A stretch of 64,000 nt of DNA, from the NCBI RefSeq assembly GCF_032116555.1, contig NZ_CP134949.1, positions 1,674,001 through 1,738,000 on the forward strand, given 5' to 3'. The notes under the pieces are model-generated. The model ran no database searches. It worked only from the letters and a program-made list of their open reading frames with translations, and was not told where the DNA came from. Both the position numbers and the translations under genes were made by a program. Position 1 is the first letter of the stretch; the number at the start of each line of letters is the position of its first letter. The stretch is from Halorarum halobium (GTDB taxonomy: Archaea; Halobacteriota; Halobacteria; Halobacteriales; Haloferacaceae). Shown one piece after another: positions 40,381 to 49,522 of this stretch.

Positions 40381-41217
40381 TCAGGCCCTGACGTCGCTCT
40401 CGACGACCTCCTCGCCGCCGTCGTCGGGCACGCTATCGTCGCCGTCGTCGGGCACGCTATCGTCGCCGTCGTCGGCCACGCTATCGTCGCCGTCGTCGGC
40501 CACGTCCTCGCCGGCCGCGCCGTCCTCGTCCACGTCGCGCCAGTAGAACCTCGGCCCGAGCGTCATGTACCCGAGCGCCAGGAACAGCAGGGCGAACGCG
40601 AACACGTCGCCGGGTCTGCCCCACAGGAGGATAGCGCCGGCCTGGACCCCGCCCATCACGAGCGCGTCGCGCCAGTGGAGATCAGGGTACTGGATCGGCG
40701 TCACCATCAGAACCGAGAGAACGGCACCAAGCCCGAGCAGGAGCGTCGGCGAGCCCATCCCCGCGAGCGTGCCGGCCGCGACGATGGTCGCCGCGAGCGT
40801 CGTCTGCACGCCGTGGGTCGTCTTCTCGCCCTCATCCTCGACGGTGTAGACGCCGAGTCGGACGACCGCCATGGCGACGTACAGCGCGGGGACGAGCGTC
40901 GAGGCGACGAACAGCGCGGGCGACCCCGCCCAGGTCCACTCGCCGGTGGCGACGACCGCGACGAGGAACGCCGGTGCGACGCCGAACGACGCCACGTCCG
41001 CGAGCGAGTCGAGGTGTGGGCCGACGGCAGTGCCGCCGTACTTCCTGGCGAGCACGCCGTCGAGGCCGTCGGCGACCGCGGCGAGGAGGATGAGTCGGGC
41101 GGCGACTGCCGGGTCGAACGTGGCCGCGAGCGCGGCCAGCGGCCCGAGCGCGGCGTTGCCGACGGTGACGACGTCGGCCGCGCCGAGCCGCGAGAGGAAC
41201 CGGGGCCGCTTCGACAT
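40381..41217 (-). CDS. pssA: CDP-alcohol phosphatidyltransferase (archaetidylserine synthase, PssA-like)
   Basis: DGLDGVLAR...G..LDSLADVASFGVAP. Confidence 0.85.
   Translation of the reverse strand: MSKRPRFLSRLGAADVVTVGNAALGPLAALAATFDPAVAARLILLAAVADGLDGVLARKYGGTAVGPHLDSLADVASFGVAPAFLVAVVATGEWTWAGSPALFVASTLVPALYVAMAVVRLGVYTVEDEGEKTTHGVQTTLAATIVAAGTLAGMGSPTLLLGLGAVLSVLMVTPIQYPDLHWRDALVMGGVQAGAILLWGRPGDVFAFALLFLALGYMTLGPRFYWRDVDEDGAAGEDVADDGDDSVADDGDDSVPDDGDDSVPDDGGEEVVESDVRA
40417..40504. repeat. 24-bp tandem repeat, about 3.7 copies, in the 3' end of pssA
   Basis: Unit GCCGTCGTCGG(G/C)CACGCTATCGTC at 40417, 40441 and 40465, plus a partial copy at 40489; encodes DDSV(A/P)DDG. Confidence 0.95.
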
Positions 41218-41358
41218 GGTCCCACGGTCGAACAGGCCGGATTTACGTCTTTACATCCCGCGACGCTCGTCGGCGATCGACGCGAACGAGCCGACGGCGA
41301 CTCCCGACACGGATCCGAACCGGGGGCCATAAAGTCTCGCGCCACCGAGGTTCCGACC

Positions 41359-41772
41359 ATGCGACGACGACGGTTCCTCGCGGCGGCCGGGTCGACCGCG
41401 GCGCTCTCCACGGCCGGCTGTCTCGGGCTCTCGGCCGGCGCGGACGACTGGGACGTGGGGATGACCGCCGAGGCGTTCCGCCCCTCCGAGTTCACGACGA
41501 CCGTCGGCGAGGAGGTCGTCTGGGAGAACACCTCCTCGCGGGCCCACACGGTGACGGCCTACGAGGACACGCTCCCCGACGGCGCGGCGTTCTTCGCCAC
41601 CGGCGACTTCGAGTCCGAGTCGGCCGCTCGCGACGCGTGGGACGGCAGCCAGGGAGCCATCACGAGCGGCCAGCGGTTCTCGCACACGTTCGAGGTCGCG
41701 GGCGAGTACTCCTACTTCTGCGTTCCCCACGAGAAGGCGGGGATGGTCGGGACGGTCGTCGTCGAGGAGTAG
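41359..41772 (+). CDS. Halocyanin/plastocyanin-like blue copper Tat lipoprotein
   Basis: MRRRRFL Tat motif, TAGC lipobox, type-1 Cu ligands AHTV and YFCVPHEKAGM. Confidence 0.92.
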   Translation: MRRRRFLAAAGSTAALSTAGCLGLSAGADDWDVGMTAEAFRPSEFTTTVGEEVVWENTSSRAHTVTAYEDTLPDGAAFFATGDFESESAARDAWDGSQGAITSGQRFSHTFEVAGEYSYFCVPHEKAGMVGTVVVEE

Positions 41773-41872
41773 CGTCTCACCGGACCGACCGGGGACGGGA
41801 TCGAGTGACCGCATCGCTCCGGAGCCGAGCAACCCGTGAAAAGCTGGATCGCGTTCGTCGGTTCGAAGTCGC

Positions 41873-42523
41873 CTACTCCTCGTCGGCGTCGACGGCGACG
41901 TCCTCGTCGTCGACGTCGACCGCGGCCTCCTCCTCGGCGGCGACCTCCTCGGGTCGCGCCTCGAGCGAGAGCTTCTGGACCTCGACGCGGCGCAGCGGGT
42001 AGATCGTCTTCGCCTCGCCGTAGATGGCCGACGAGAGCCGGCCCTCGACGACGGAGTCGACGAGCTGTTCGAACGTCCGGTCCTGCGCGGCCTCCTCGAC
42101 GATGTCGGTCATCACCGAGCGGATGGCGTGCTCCTGCGAGCGGTCGGCCTTCTTCGTCGTCAGCGCGACCGGCTGGAGTCGAACGCGGTAGTCGTCGGTC
42201 GTGCGGACCGTGCGGACCGCGTCGACCTTCGACGCGCCGCGGCGGACGAGCGAGCGCAGGTAGTCGCGCGCGAGCTCGTGCTCGATGAACTCGGTGTAGG
42301 CCGAGTCCGAGCCGACGTCCGTGATCTTGAACGTCAGCTTCGTGTTGTTCTGGCTCTGGTCGTCGGTCAGGTCGCCGAGGGTCGTCTCGACGGTCCGGCC
42401 GATCACCTGGTTCGGTTCCTCGGCGATGGTCTCGCCGAGCTCCGCCCTGTCGAACTGCTCGGGCGCGAGCACGGTGTACCACCGCTTGCCCTGTCGCTGT
42501 CGTGAGACTGATCGTTCACTCAT
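41873..42523 (-). CDS. rps3ae: 30S ribosomal protein S3Ae (eS1)
   Basis: KRWYTVLAP, GRTVETTL, DYLRSLVRRG.SK, IYPLRRVEVQK. Confidence 0.97.
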   Translation of the reverse strand: MSERSVSRQRQGKRWYTVLAPEQFDRAELGETIAEEPNQVIGRTVETTLGDLTDDQSQNNTKLTFKITDVGSDSAYTEFIEHELARDYLRSLVRRGASKVDAVRTVRTTDDYRVRLQPVALTTKKADRSQEHAIRSVMTDIVEEAAQDRTFEQLVDSVVEGRLSSAIYGEAKTIYPLRRVEVQKLSLEARPEEVAAEEEAAVDVDDEDVAVDADEE

Positions 42524-42881
42524 GGGTGTCTGTTGTGTCGTGTGTCGTCGTGTCGTTCGCGTTCGTGTCGTTCTCGTCGTCGGTCGCGTCGTGGTCGTCC
42601 GCGCGTGCGTCGGTCGCCGTCGTCGCGTCCGTCGCCGGGTCGTCGGTCCGCGCGTCCGCGACCACCGCGTCCGCGACGGTCACGTTCACGAGGTAGTCGT
42701 CCGCGGAGGCGTGGAGGCCGCCGGTCGTCTCCCGCTCGATGCGCGTCCGGACGACGTCGCCGTCCGACGCGGTGTGCATCTGCGGGGTGTTGTCCGGCGC
42801 GAGCGCGTCCGCGACCGTCGCGGCGGCCACCGCGTCGGCGTGCCGCGTCTCGAACGTCGCGGTGCGCGACTCCTCCGTCAT
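42516..42881 (-). CDS. pcc1: KEOPS complex subunit Pcc1
   Basis: ALAPDNT...IERETTGGL.AS.DDYLVN; conserved position upstream of rps3ae. Confidence 0.85.
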   Translation of the reverse strand: MTEESRTATFETRHADAVAAATVADALAPDNTPQMHTASDGDVVRTRIERETTGGLHASADDYLVNVTVADAVVADARTDDPATDATTATDARADDHDATDDENDTNANDTTTHDTTDTHE

Positions 42882-44062
42882 ACCGTCCCCCTGAACGCCT
42901 CGATGAACTCCTCGCTCTCCACGTCGTCCGCGTCGAACCGGACGTCGCCCAGGTCCGCGTCGCCACAGACCGAGCCGTCCTCGGTCGGCGTCGCCGCGGT
43001 TTCCGCGACCGTGACGTCCGCGAGGGCCGCGCCCAGCGCGGCGGTGACGTCCACGTCGCCGGTCCCGGCCGCTGCCGCGGCGTCGTCAGTGACGACGAGC
43101 GCCACCGGCTCGGGCGACCGGAAGTCGCCGGCGAGCCTCGCGGCGGTCGAGAGCGCCGATGCCGACTCCGAGTCGGCGTCGGCCCGGAGGACGAAGACGC
43201 CGTCGTGGCGGCTCGTCTCCGGCCCGTCGAGGACGCCGTGGGCGGCGGTCGCGTGCGACCGCCAGGCGTCGAGCGCCGCCTCCCGGGCGACGTCGTTGCC
43301 GAGCGCGAGCGCGACCCCCAGTCCAGGAGCCTCGCGCGCCGTCGCCGAGAGGACGTCCGCGTACCCGCCGAGGGTCGCGAACGGCCCGTTCGGCGTCGCG
43401 TGCGGCTGAAGCGCGTGCCCGACCGACTCGGCCGCCCGCTCCGGGGCGTCGGCCGTCGCGTCGAGCGCGACGACGGAGGCGAGTTCCCGCCGGGCGTCCT
43501 CGTCCGGCTCCGCGGGGTAGTCGAGCTCCCCGAGGAGCGCCCGCGCCGCCTCCTCGTCGCCCGAGACGGGCGAGCGGAGCAGCGTCGAGTGTGCGAGCCC
43601 GTCGCTCGCGTCCGCGGTCGGGACGGCCACGCCGGGTCGCCGTTCGACGGCACCGAGCCGGTCGGCGGCGTCGAGCAGCGAGCCGCTGCCGGCCGCTCCG
43701 GGCGTCGTCCCGGCCGCGATGACGCCGGCGAGCCCGACGACCGGCTCGGGGTCGGGGCCGAGTTCCGCGACGACCTCGGCTGCCGCGACCGACACCGGCC
43801 GGTCGCCGGTCGGGATCGACGTCTCGTTCGCGGCGGTCCACCCGAGCGCGAACGGCGTGCCGTCGCCCTCGGGTACCGCGTCGAGCCGGGTCGTCCGGAC
43901 CTGGAACGGCACGTTTGCGGCCCGAAGCGCCCGGGCCAGCAGGCCCGCCGCGGCGAGCGCGTCGCCGGTCGGGCGGGCGTAGAGGCGGACGAAGTCGGCC
44001 TCGCGCAGCGCCGTCGCTACTGCGTCCGGGGCGGGCGAGTCGGCTGCGCGTGCGGTCGACAT
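42878..44062 (-). CDS. Degenerate RecJ/DHH-family protein
   Basis: Lies in the rps15-X-pcc1-rps3ae operon; N-terminal GDALAAAGLL...PFQ resembles DHH motif I, but no DHH triad is visible. Confidence 0.7.
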   Translation of the reverse strand: MSTARAADSPAPDAVATALREADFVRLYARPTGDALAAAGLLARALRAANVPFQVRTTRLDAVPEGDGTPFALGWTAANETSIPTGDRPVSVAAAEVVAELGPDPEPVVGLAGVIAAGTTPGAAGSGSLLDAADRLGAVERRPGVAVPTADASDGLAHSTLLRSPVSGDEEAARALLGELDYPAEPDEDARRELASVVALDATADAPERAAESVGHALQPHATPNGPFATLGGYADVLSATAREAPGLGVALALGNDVAREAALDAWRSHATAAHGVLDGPETSRHDGVFVLRADADSESASALSTAARLAGDFRSPEPVALVVTDDAAAAAGTGDVDVTAALGAALADVTVAETAATPTEDGSVCGDADLGDVRFDADDVESEEFIEAFRGTV

Positions 44063-44071
44063 CTGGAAGTC

Positions 44072-44536
44072 CTACTCGAGGAGCCGCCGTGCGGCCTCGT
44101 AGCTGTACGTGAAGTCCTCGTCGAGTTCGTCGCCGCGGTAGTAGTCCACCAGCCGGCGGATCTTCGACTCCGTGTTCTGGAGCGCGCGCTTGTTCTGTGC
44201 GTCCTGCGCGTTCTCCGCCATGTGATCGCGGAGGCGGATCGCGCGTTCGAAGAGGTTCCGGAGGTCCTCGGGGAGTTCGGGCGCCGCGTCGTTCTCCTCG
44301 AGGATCTCGGTGACCTTCTTGCCGGTCGCGAGTTTCACGTCGGGAACGGGCGTGCCCTTCACGCCCTCGTCGCGGAGCTTCAGGCCGATCTGGCTGGGGT
44401 CGTGCCCCTGCTCCGCGAGTTCGACGACGCGTTCCTCGACGTCCTCGGCGTCGACGTCGCTCCACTCCGGGGGTTCGTCTGCCACCGGGTGGTCCGAACC
44501 GGACGAACCGCGGCGGCGGGTGTGCATTCGTGCCAT
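44072..44536 (-). CDS. rps15: 30S ribosomal protein S15 (uS15)
   Basis: MARMHTRRRGSSGS, PSQIGLKLRD, PEDL, ESKIRRLVDYY. Confidence 0.97.
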   Translation of the reverse strand: MARMHTRRRGSSGSDHPVADEPPEWSDVDAEDVEERVVELAEQGHDPSQIGLKLRDEGVKGTPVPDVKLATGKKVTEILEENDAAPELPEDLRNLFERAIRLRDHMAENAQDAQNKRALQNTESKIRRLVDYYRGDELDEDFTYSYEAARRLLE

Positions 44537-44700
44537 GTGTTCTGGTTGGAACGCACCACCGCAGAAGCGAGCCACCGCCGGCGTTCCACGCGTCGACGCG
44601 CGCCGCGTGGCGTCGCGTCGAGACGGCTGGCCGGCGGGGGCACCTCCGCAATCTCAAAGCCCGCGTGGGCAGGTCAGATTTGCGGCCGTGCTGTTCCCAA
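44537..44700 (-). promoter_or_regulatory. Structured 5' leader of rps15 (S15-Halobacteria r-leader-like)
   Basis: TTTAA box at about 44723-44727 (minus strand) implies a leader of about 160 nt. Branched stem on the + strand: CCGCAA-TCT...GCCC-GCGT-GGGC...AGA-TTTGCGG (44646-44685). Confidence 0.65.
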
Positions 44701-44890
44701 CGTGAGGTGACTCCGGAACGGGTTAAACCGTTTCGGGTTGGGCTGGCCGGCGGCTCGGGGTCGTCCCCGCCCGGGTGGACGTCCCGAACGGTGCCGGGTC
44801 CCGATCCGTGGGCGTGCGCCGTCGGTCACGCGGAGTCCGGGGTCGAATCCCGCCAGCACGGTTTTGCTCGGGGGACCGAAAAATGCGGTC

Positions 44891-46159
44891 ATGGCCACGA
44901 CGCGACCGGTGGGGGTGCTTCGTGGGCGTCGACCCGGAGTCGCGTGGGCGGCGACGCTCGCTCTCGTCGCCGCCGCGTTCCGGCTCCTCTCGATCGGCGA
45001 ACCGGACTGGGCGGCGTTCGTCGTGGTCGTGGTCGGGGTCGCGCTCCTCCCGCCGGTCATCGAACGCGATCCGAAGACGACGATGCCCGGGGAGCTCCTG
45101 GCGCTCGTCACGATTCCGGTCGTCCTGCGGGCGGTCGGCGTCGTGAGCGCGGCTTCGCCGTTCCTGGTCACGGCCGGGCTCGCGCTGCTGGTCGCCATCG
45201 CCCTCGGCGCGTACACGTCGCTCGCGCTGACCGCGCGGTTCGCCGTGGTCCTCGTCGTCGTCACCACGATGGCGTTCACGGCCGTCTGGGTCGTCGGAAC
45301 CTGGGTGAGCGACGCGCTCCTCGGCACCGAGTTCGTCGCCGGACAGACCGAGTTGATGTGGGACGTCGCGGCCGCGACCGGGGCCGGCGTGCTCGCCGGC
45401 GTCGCGTTCGAACTGTACTTCCGGTTCTCGATCGACGCCGAGGGCTCGGGCGAGTCGGGCGCTTCCAGGGACGGTTCGGCGGGGTTTGACGACGACGCGC
45501 GACGGCGGGAGCGGACCGACCGCCGGGTGAACCTGCCGGGCGACGAGCGCCAGCAGCGCTTGGCGGTCAACGCAATGCGCGGCGTGCTGGCGTTCATCGC
45601 GGTCGTCGGACTCGTCCGGCTGAACGTTGGGCTGTTGCTCAACGGTGCGATCACGCTCGCGGTCACGTTCGTCCCCGCGTTCCTGCGACGCGAGTACCGA
45701 TACCCGATGGACGTGGGGCTGACGATGTGGGTGACGGCGGCCGTCCTCCTCCACGCCGTCGGCGTGCTCGGCCCGTACCGGGAGTTCGCCTGGTACCACT
45801 CGGTGGCCCACGCGCTGTCGGCGACGCTGATCGCCGGCGTCGGGTACGCGCTCGCGCGTGCCGTGGAACTACACAGCGACGGCGTCGACTTTGAGGCTGG
45901 GTTCCGCGACGCCTTCGTCGTCCTGTTCGTCCTCGCCGCGGGCGTGGCCTGGGAACTTCTGGAGTTCGCGAGCGGCGGGGTCGCGTCGGTCATCGGCGGA
46001 CGAGCCGCGCTGGTCCAGTACGGGACGAGCGACGTCGTGAACGACCTCGTGTTCAACGCCGTCGGCGGCGTGGTGATCGCGGCGCTCACCACCGGGCGCT
46101 TCGAGGCCATCGCGCGGTCGCTGGCGGACCGCGTCGGCGTCCTCACGGGGGAGCAGTAG
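44891..46159 (+). CDS. Membrane protein that fuses homologs of 34121-34759 (N-half) and 33453-34124 (C-half)
   Basis: N-half MPGELL...LMWDVAAATGAGVLAGVAFELYFR; C-half YPMDVGLTMWVTAAVLLHAVG, WYHSVAHAL, WELLEF, QYG..D...DLVFN. Confidence 0.85.
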   Translation: MATTRPVGVLRGRRPGVAWAATLALVAAAFRLLSIGEPDWAAFVVVVVGVALLPPVIERDPKTTMPGELLALVTIPVVLRAVGVVSAASPFLVTAGLALLVAIALGAYTSLALTARFAVVLVVVTTMAFTAVWVVGTWVSDALLGTEFVAGQTELMWDVAAATGAGVLAGVAFELYFRFSIDAEGSGESGASRDGSAGFDDDARRRERTDRRVNLPGDERQQRLAVNAMRGVLAFIAVVGLVRLNVGLLLNGAITLAVTFVPAFLRREYRYPMDVGLTMWVTAAVLLHAVGVLGPYREFAWYHSVAHALSATLIAGVGYALARAVELHSDGVDFEAGFRDAFVVLFVLAAGVAWELLEFASGGVASVIGGRAALVQYGTSDVVNDLVFNAVGGVVIAALTTGRFEAIARSLADRVGVLTGEQ

Positions 46160-46267
46160 CCGGGCGGACTTTCGGCAGCCGTTCGGGCGACCCGGCCGTC
46201 ACTCGTTCGCGGACGGCGCCCCGAACCGAGGGATTTATGCCCGGACCTCGGCAAGTCGGAGGTGTGA

Positions 46268-46339
46268 GGGCTCGTAGATCAGTGGTAGATCACTCCCTTG
46301 GCATGGGAGAGGCCCCGGGTTCAAATCCCGGCGAGTCCA
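46268..46339 (+). tRNA. tRNA-Ala(GGC)
   Basis: GGGCTCG...CTCCC-TTGGCAT-GGGAG...GGTTCAAATCCCGG-CGAGTCCA; G3:U70 alanine identity pair; TTTATG box upstream. Confidence 0.97.
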
Positions 46340-46456
46340 CTCGGAATACAGTTCGTGTATAGTTACGAACGCGCAGCGACGAGTCCCATGACTCGATGGA
46401 CGAGGACACTGTTCAAACGGGAGTTCACCTCGCCCGTCCTCCTTCAATAGTTTCCC

Positions 46457-47797
46457 TCACACCGCCGGTTTCGCCATCGATGGCCACCCCCACGGCGGCT
46501 CCGGCGGCTCGGCCTCCGATACCTGTGCCTCGACGAACCCGACCCTGACGACCACGTCCCTGCCCAGCTCCCTCGTCAGTTCGTCGTCCCAGCGCTGGGC
46601 GAGATCAGGCGGCGCGTCCCGCTCGCGGGGAAGTCCCACGAGCACGTTCACCTCGGGTTCGTCCCCAAGCACCATGTCGGCCGGATCGTACTCGACGGTC
46701 ACCCGGACCAGTTCGACGCCCTCGACGTCGGCCTCCTCGAAGTCCGCTTCGAGGATGGACTGGGTCTGCTGTTCCAGCGACTGGCTCTGGAACGTCGTCC
46801 AGGTGACCGCGACCAGGACGAGCGACAGCACCGCGATGCCGACGGCGATGACCACGACGCGCGAGTACACCGACGCCCGCACTCCCTCGTACGTCCCGAC
46901 GTCGAGGGGCTTGAACCCCGAGAGGTAGAAGAGGACGAGCGCCGAGAGGTTGATGGCCAGCAGGTTCACGACCACCAGGATGGCCGCGGCGATGGCGACG
47001 CCCGGGAGCCCCAACGTGACTCCGAGCCCGGAGATCGCGGCCGGCGGCACCAGCGCGACGGCGATGGCGACGCCGACGAGCGTCGAGCCGGAGCCGCGCA
47101 TGATGCTCAGCGCACCCGCGAGCCCCGACCCGAGCGCGAGGAACAGCGACAACACGTTCGGGCTCGTGCGTTCCGCGACCTGCGGGATCGTCCGGATGTC
47201 GAGTCCCGGCGCGATCAGCACGGTCTGCTGGAGCACCCAGCCGAGCGCGGCGGCGGTCGCGATGGCCGCGAGGAGCCCGAGGACCTGGAGGGTGACGCCA
47301 CGTGACGCCATCTCCGGTTCGTCCAGGATGGTGCCGACGCTCGCGGAGATGGCCGGCCCCATCAGCGGTGCCACGACCATCGCGCCGATGATCGTCGCCG
47401 CCGAATCGAGCAGGAGTCCGGTCGTGGCGATGACGGTGCTCAACACGAGGAACGCGAAGAACGTGGAGTTGGCCGGCGCGAGGTCCTGGGCGCGGGCGTA
47501 CAGCTCCTCGCGCGAGATCCGCAGCCCCGGAAACCGTTCCTCCAGGGCCGAAAGCCGCTGTGAAACGACGGTCTCGGTCGCCATGACGATGGTGTAGGAG
47601 TCCTCCCTGATGCCGGCGGCGAACAGTTGCTCCATCACCGGCTCCACGCCGCTCGGCGGGACCGGGAACTGGACCATCGCCTCGAAGTCGCCGCGCCCGA
47701 CCTGCTCGAACACCGCGTAGTCGATCCCCTGTCCGTCGAGCGCGTCGAGAACCGCTCCGCGAGTCCCGCTCGGAACCAGGACCTGAACGAGTCGCAT
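46457..47797 (-). CDS. TIGR00341/DUF389-family membrane protein
   Basis: MRLVQVLVP, IIGAMVVAPLMGP, LVGVAIAVALVPP. Confidence 0.9.
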   Translation of the reverse strand: MRLVQVLVPSGTRGAVLDALDGQGIDYAVFEQVGRGDFEAMVQFPVPPSGVEPVMEQLFAAGIREDSYTIVMATETVVSQRLSALEERFPGLRISREELYARAQDLAPANSTFFAFLVLSTVIATTGLLLDSAATIIGAMVVAPLMGPAISASVGTILDEPEMASRGVTLQVLGLLAAIATAAALGWVLQQTVLIAPGLDIRTIPQVAERTSPNVLSLFLALGSGLAGALSIMRGSGSTLVGVAIAVALVPPAAISGLGVTLGLPGVAIAAAILVVVNLLAINLSALVLFYLSGFKPLDVGTYEGVRASVYSRVVVIAVGIAVLSLVLVAVTWTTFQSQSLEQQTQSILEADFEEADVEGVELVRVTVEYDPADMVLGDEPEVNVLVGLPRERDAPPDLAQRWDDELTRELGRDVVVRVGFVEAQVSEAEPPEPPWGWPSMAKPAV

Positions 47798-47909
47798 GTG
47801 GTGATCGTGGGGCCGGTTATGCCAGTCGTTGGGGTCGGTCGTGTCAGTCGTCGTGCAGTCGCTTGCCGGCGGGGGTGAACCCCGTCCAGGACGTCGGTCG
47901 TCTCCGAAC

Positions 47910-48407
47910 CTAGCCCGCGACCTCCTCGGCAGCGAACGCGTCCCGGAGCCGGGTCTCGTCTTCGGGCGAGAGGTTCGTCTCGATCAGTTCGAACTCCACA
48001 CCCTCCAGTTCCCCCTCGATGCGCTCGAGCTGGGCGTCCCGAGCGAGGAGGAACAGCGCCGACTCGCCCGGCTCGACCGCGTCGGCCACCTCCTCGATGA
48101 ACTCGTCGTCGATGCCGATGTCCGAGAACTTGCCCGAGAGCGCGCCGGTCACGGTCCCGATCGCCATCCCGAGCCACGGCATCCAGAAGATCATTCCGAT
48201 GAGTAGCCCCCAGAATGAGCCGCCCAGCGCCCCCGCTCCGACGAGGCTGTGTGCCTGCTTGATCTTGACGTGGCCGTTCTCCTTGCGGACCGCGACGGCC
48301 GCGTCCTCCAGCGTGATGAGTTCACGCTTCTGAAAGTCGTACATCCGCTCTCTCATCTCTTCTGCCCCGTTCTGATCGTCGAACGCGAGCACCACGAGGG
48401 AACTCAT
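47910..48407 (-). CDS. DUF1269-family protein
   Basis: LEDAAV, GALGGSFWGLLIG, DIGIDDEFI, PGESALFLL, TNLS.E.E..L. Confidence 0.9.
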   Translation of the reverse strand: MSSLVVLAFDDQNGAEEMRERMYDFQKRELITLEDAAVAVRKENGHVKIKQAHSLVGAGALGGSFWGLLIGMIFWMPWLGMAIGTVTGALSGKFSDIGIDDEFIEEVADAVEPGESALFLLARDAQLERIEGELEGVEFELIETNLSPEDETRLRDAFAAEEVAG

Positions 48408-48625
48408 ACGCCCGACCCGACGACGTCCGGGCGCTTTGTTAGTAACGCACAAGACGCGGTAACGACGCCGAAAGGCGTCCACGGTCGGAACCTACTTTCG
48501 CGGTAAGCGATTGATACGGCGGGTACCGTGCCGACTGAGGGAAGAAAGGGTGGCTTTCGCGGTCCGTGAACGGATCGAATTTCGCCGGGTCGAAGCAGCA
48601 AAAACGGACCGGGGTCGTTCGGCGA

Positions 48626-49231
48626 TCAGACGGCACCGGGGCCGGCGTTGGCGACGTCCCGCTCGACGCCGATCGCCTTCCGGCCGACCAGCGCCACCGA
48701 GATGAGCGAGAACCCGCTCGACAGCAGGCCGACGCCGACCAGGAGGCCGACCGCCCAGAGCGCGGTGCTGGGGAACCCGACCCAGAGCAGCACGGCGAGC
48801 AGCAGCGAGATCACGCCGCTACCGGCCACCCAGGCCCACCGGGACTCCGGCCGCATCCGGAGCCCCATGACGATCTCGACGACGCCGTCGACCGCGAAGT
48901 ACGCGACGAGCAGCAGCGTCAGCGTGGCAAGCCCCAGCACCGGGTTCACCAGCAAGGAGACGCCGGCCAGGCCGTAGACGATGCCCAGCACGACCTGCCA
49001 GAGCGATCCGCTCCATCCCCTGGCCGAGAACGCGTTGACGAGGTGGACGAGGCCGCCGACGATCAGGATCGCCCCGAGCAGCAGCGAGAGCGTCACGCCG
49101 GTCACGAACGGCGTGAAGATCGCTAGCACACCTAGCGCGGCGAGGACGATGCCCCCGCCCAGCAGGTACCGCCAGTTGTCTTGCAGTTCCATCGGAACGC
49201 CCGTCGCTTTGGAAGTGGTTTCTGAACTCAT
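48626..49231 (-). CDS. HdeD/DUF308-family membrane protein
   Basis: Six TM helices; LGVLAIFTP, LLVNPVLG..TLT, WAVGLLVGV. Confidence 0.9.
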   Translation of the reverse strand: MSSETTSKATGVPMELQDNWRYLLGGGIVLAALGVLAIFTPFVTGVTLSLLLGAILIVGGLVHLVNAFSARGWSGSLWQVVLGIVYGLAGVSLLVNPVLGLATLTLLLVAYFAVDGVVEIVMGLRMRPESRWAWVAGSGVISLLLAVLLWVGFPSTALWAVGLLVGVGLLSSGFSLISVALVGRKAIGVERDVANAGPGAV

Positions 49232-49522
49232 GATTGTGAGGATAACTCCGCCTTCTAGGACGACTCAGACGGGGATAATCGTTGTTTACCGATGCTGACG
49301 GGTTCGTACGCGCATCGTGACGGAGCCGCCGGAACGCCACCCACCCGAGCGGTCGGAACCACGATCCCCGCGAGCGGAATCCGGGCCGAACGACTTCAGG
49401 GCCCGCCGACGTCTCTCCGCTCCAGTTCTTTGCTCCCGAACCGGTCCGCATCCGCGACGGTCGTCCTCGCATTGCACGCGGGCCCAGAACGCTCTTGGCC
49501 CCCACCGACGAGAGCCACCTAC

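Noticed and set aside
42516..42650. Thr/Asp/Ala-rich tail of Pcc1 as a new domain
   Set aside because: Low-complexity sequence without an exact repeat unit, probably an unconstrained extension up to the rps3ae start.
46380..46395. CGAGTCC copy of the tRNA-Ala 3' end as a possible att site
   Set aside because: Only 7 bp and part of a small hairpin, with no integrase; not distinguishable from chance.
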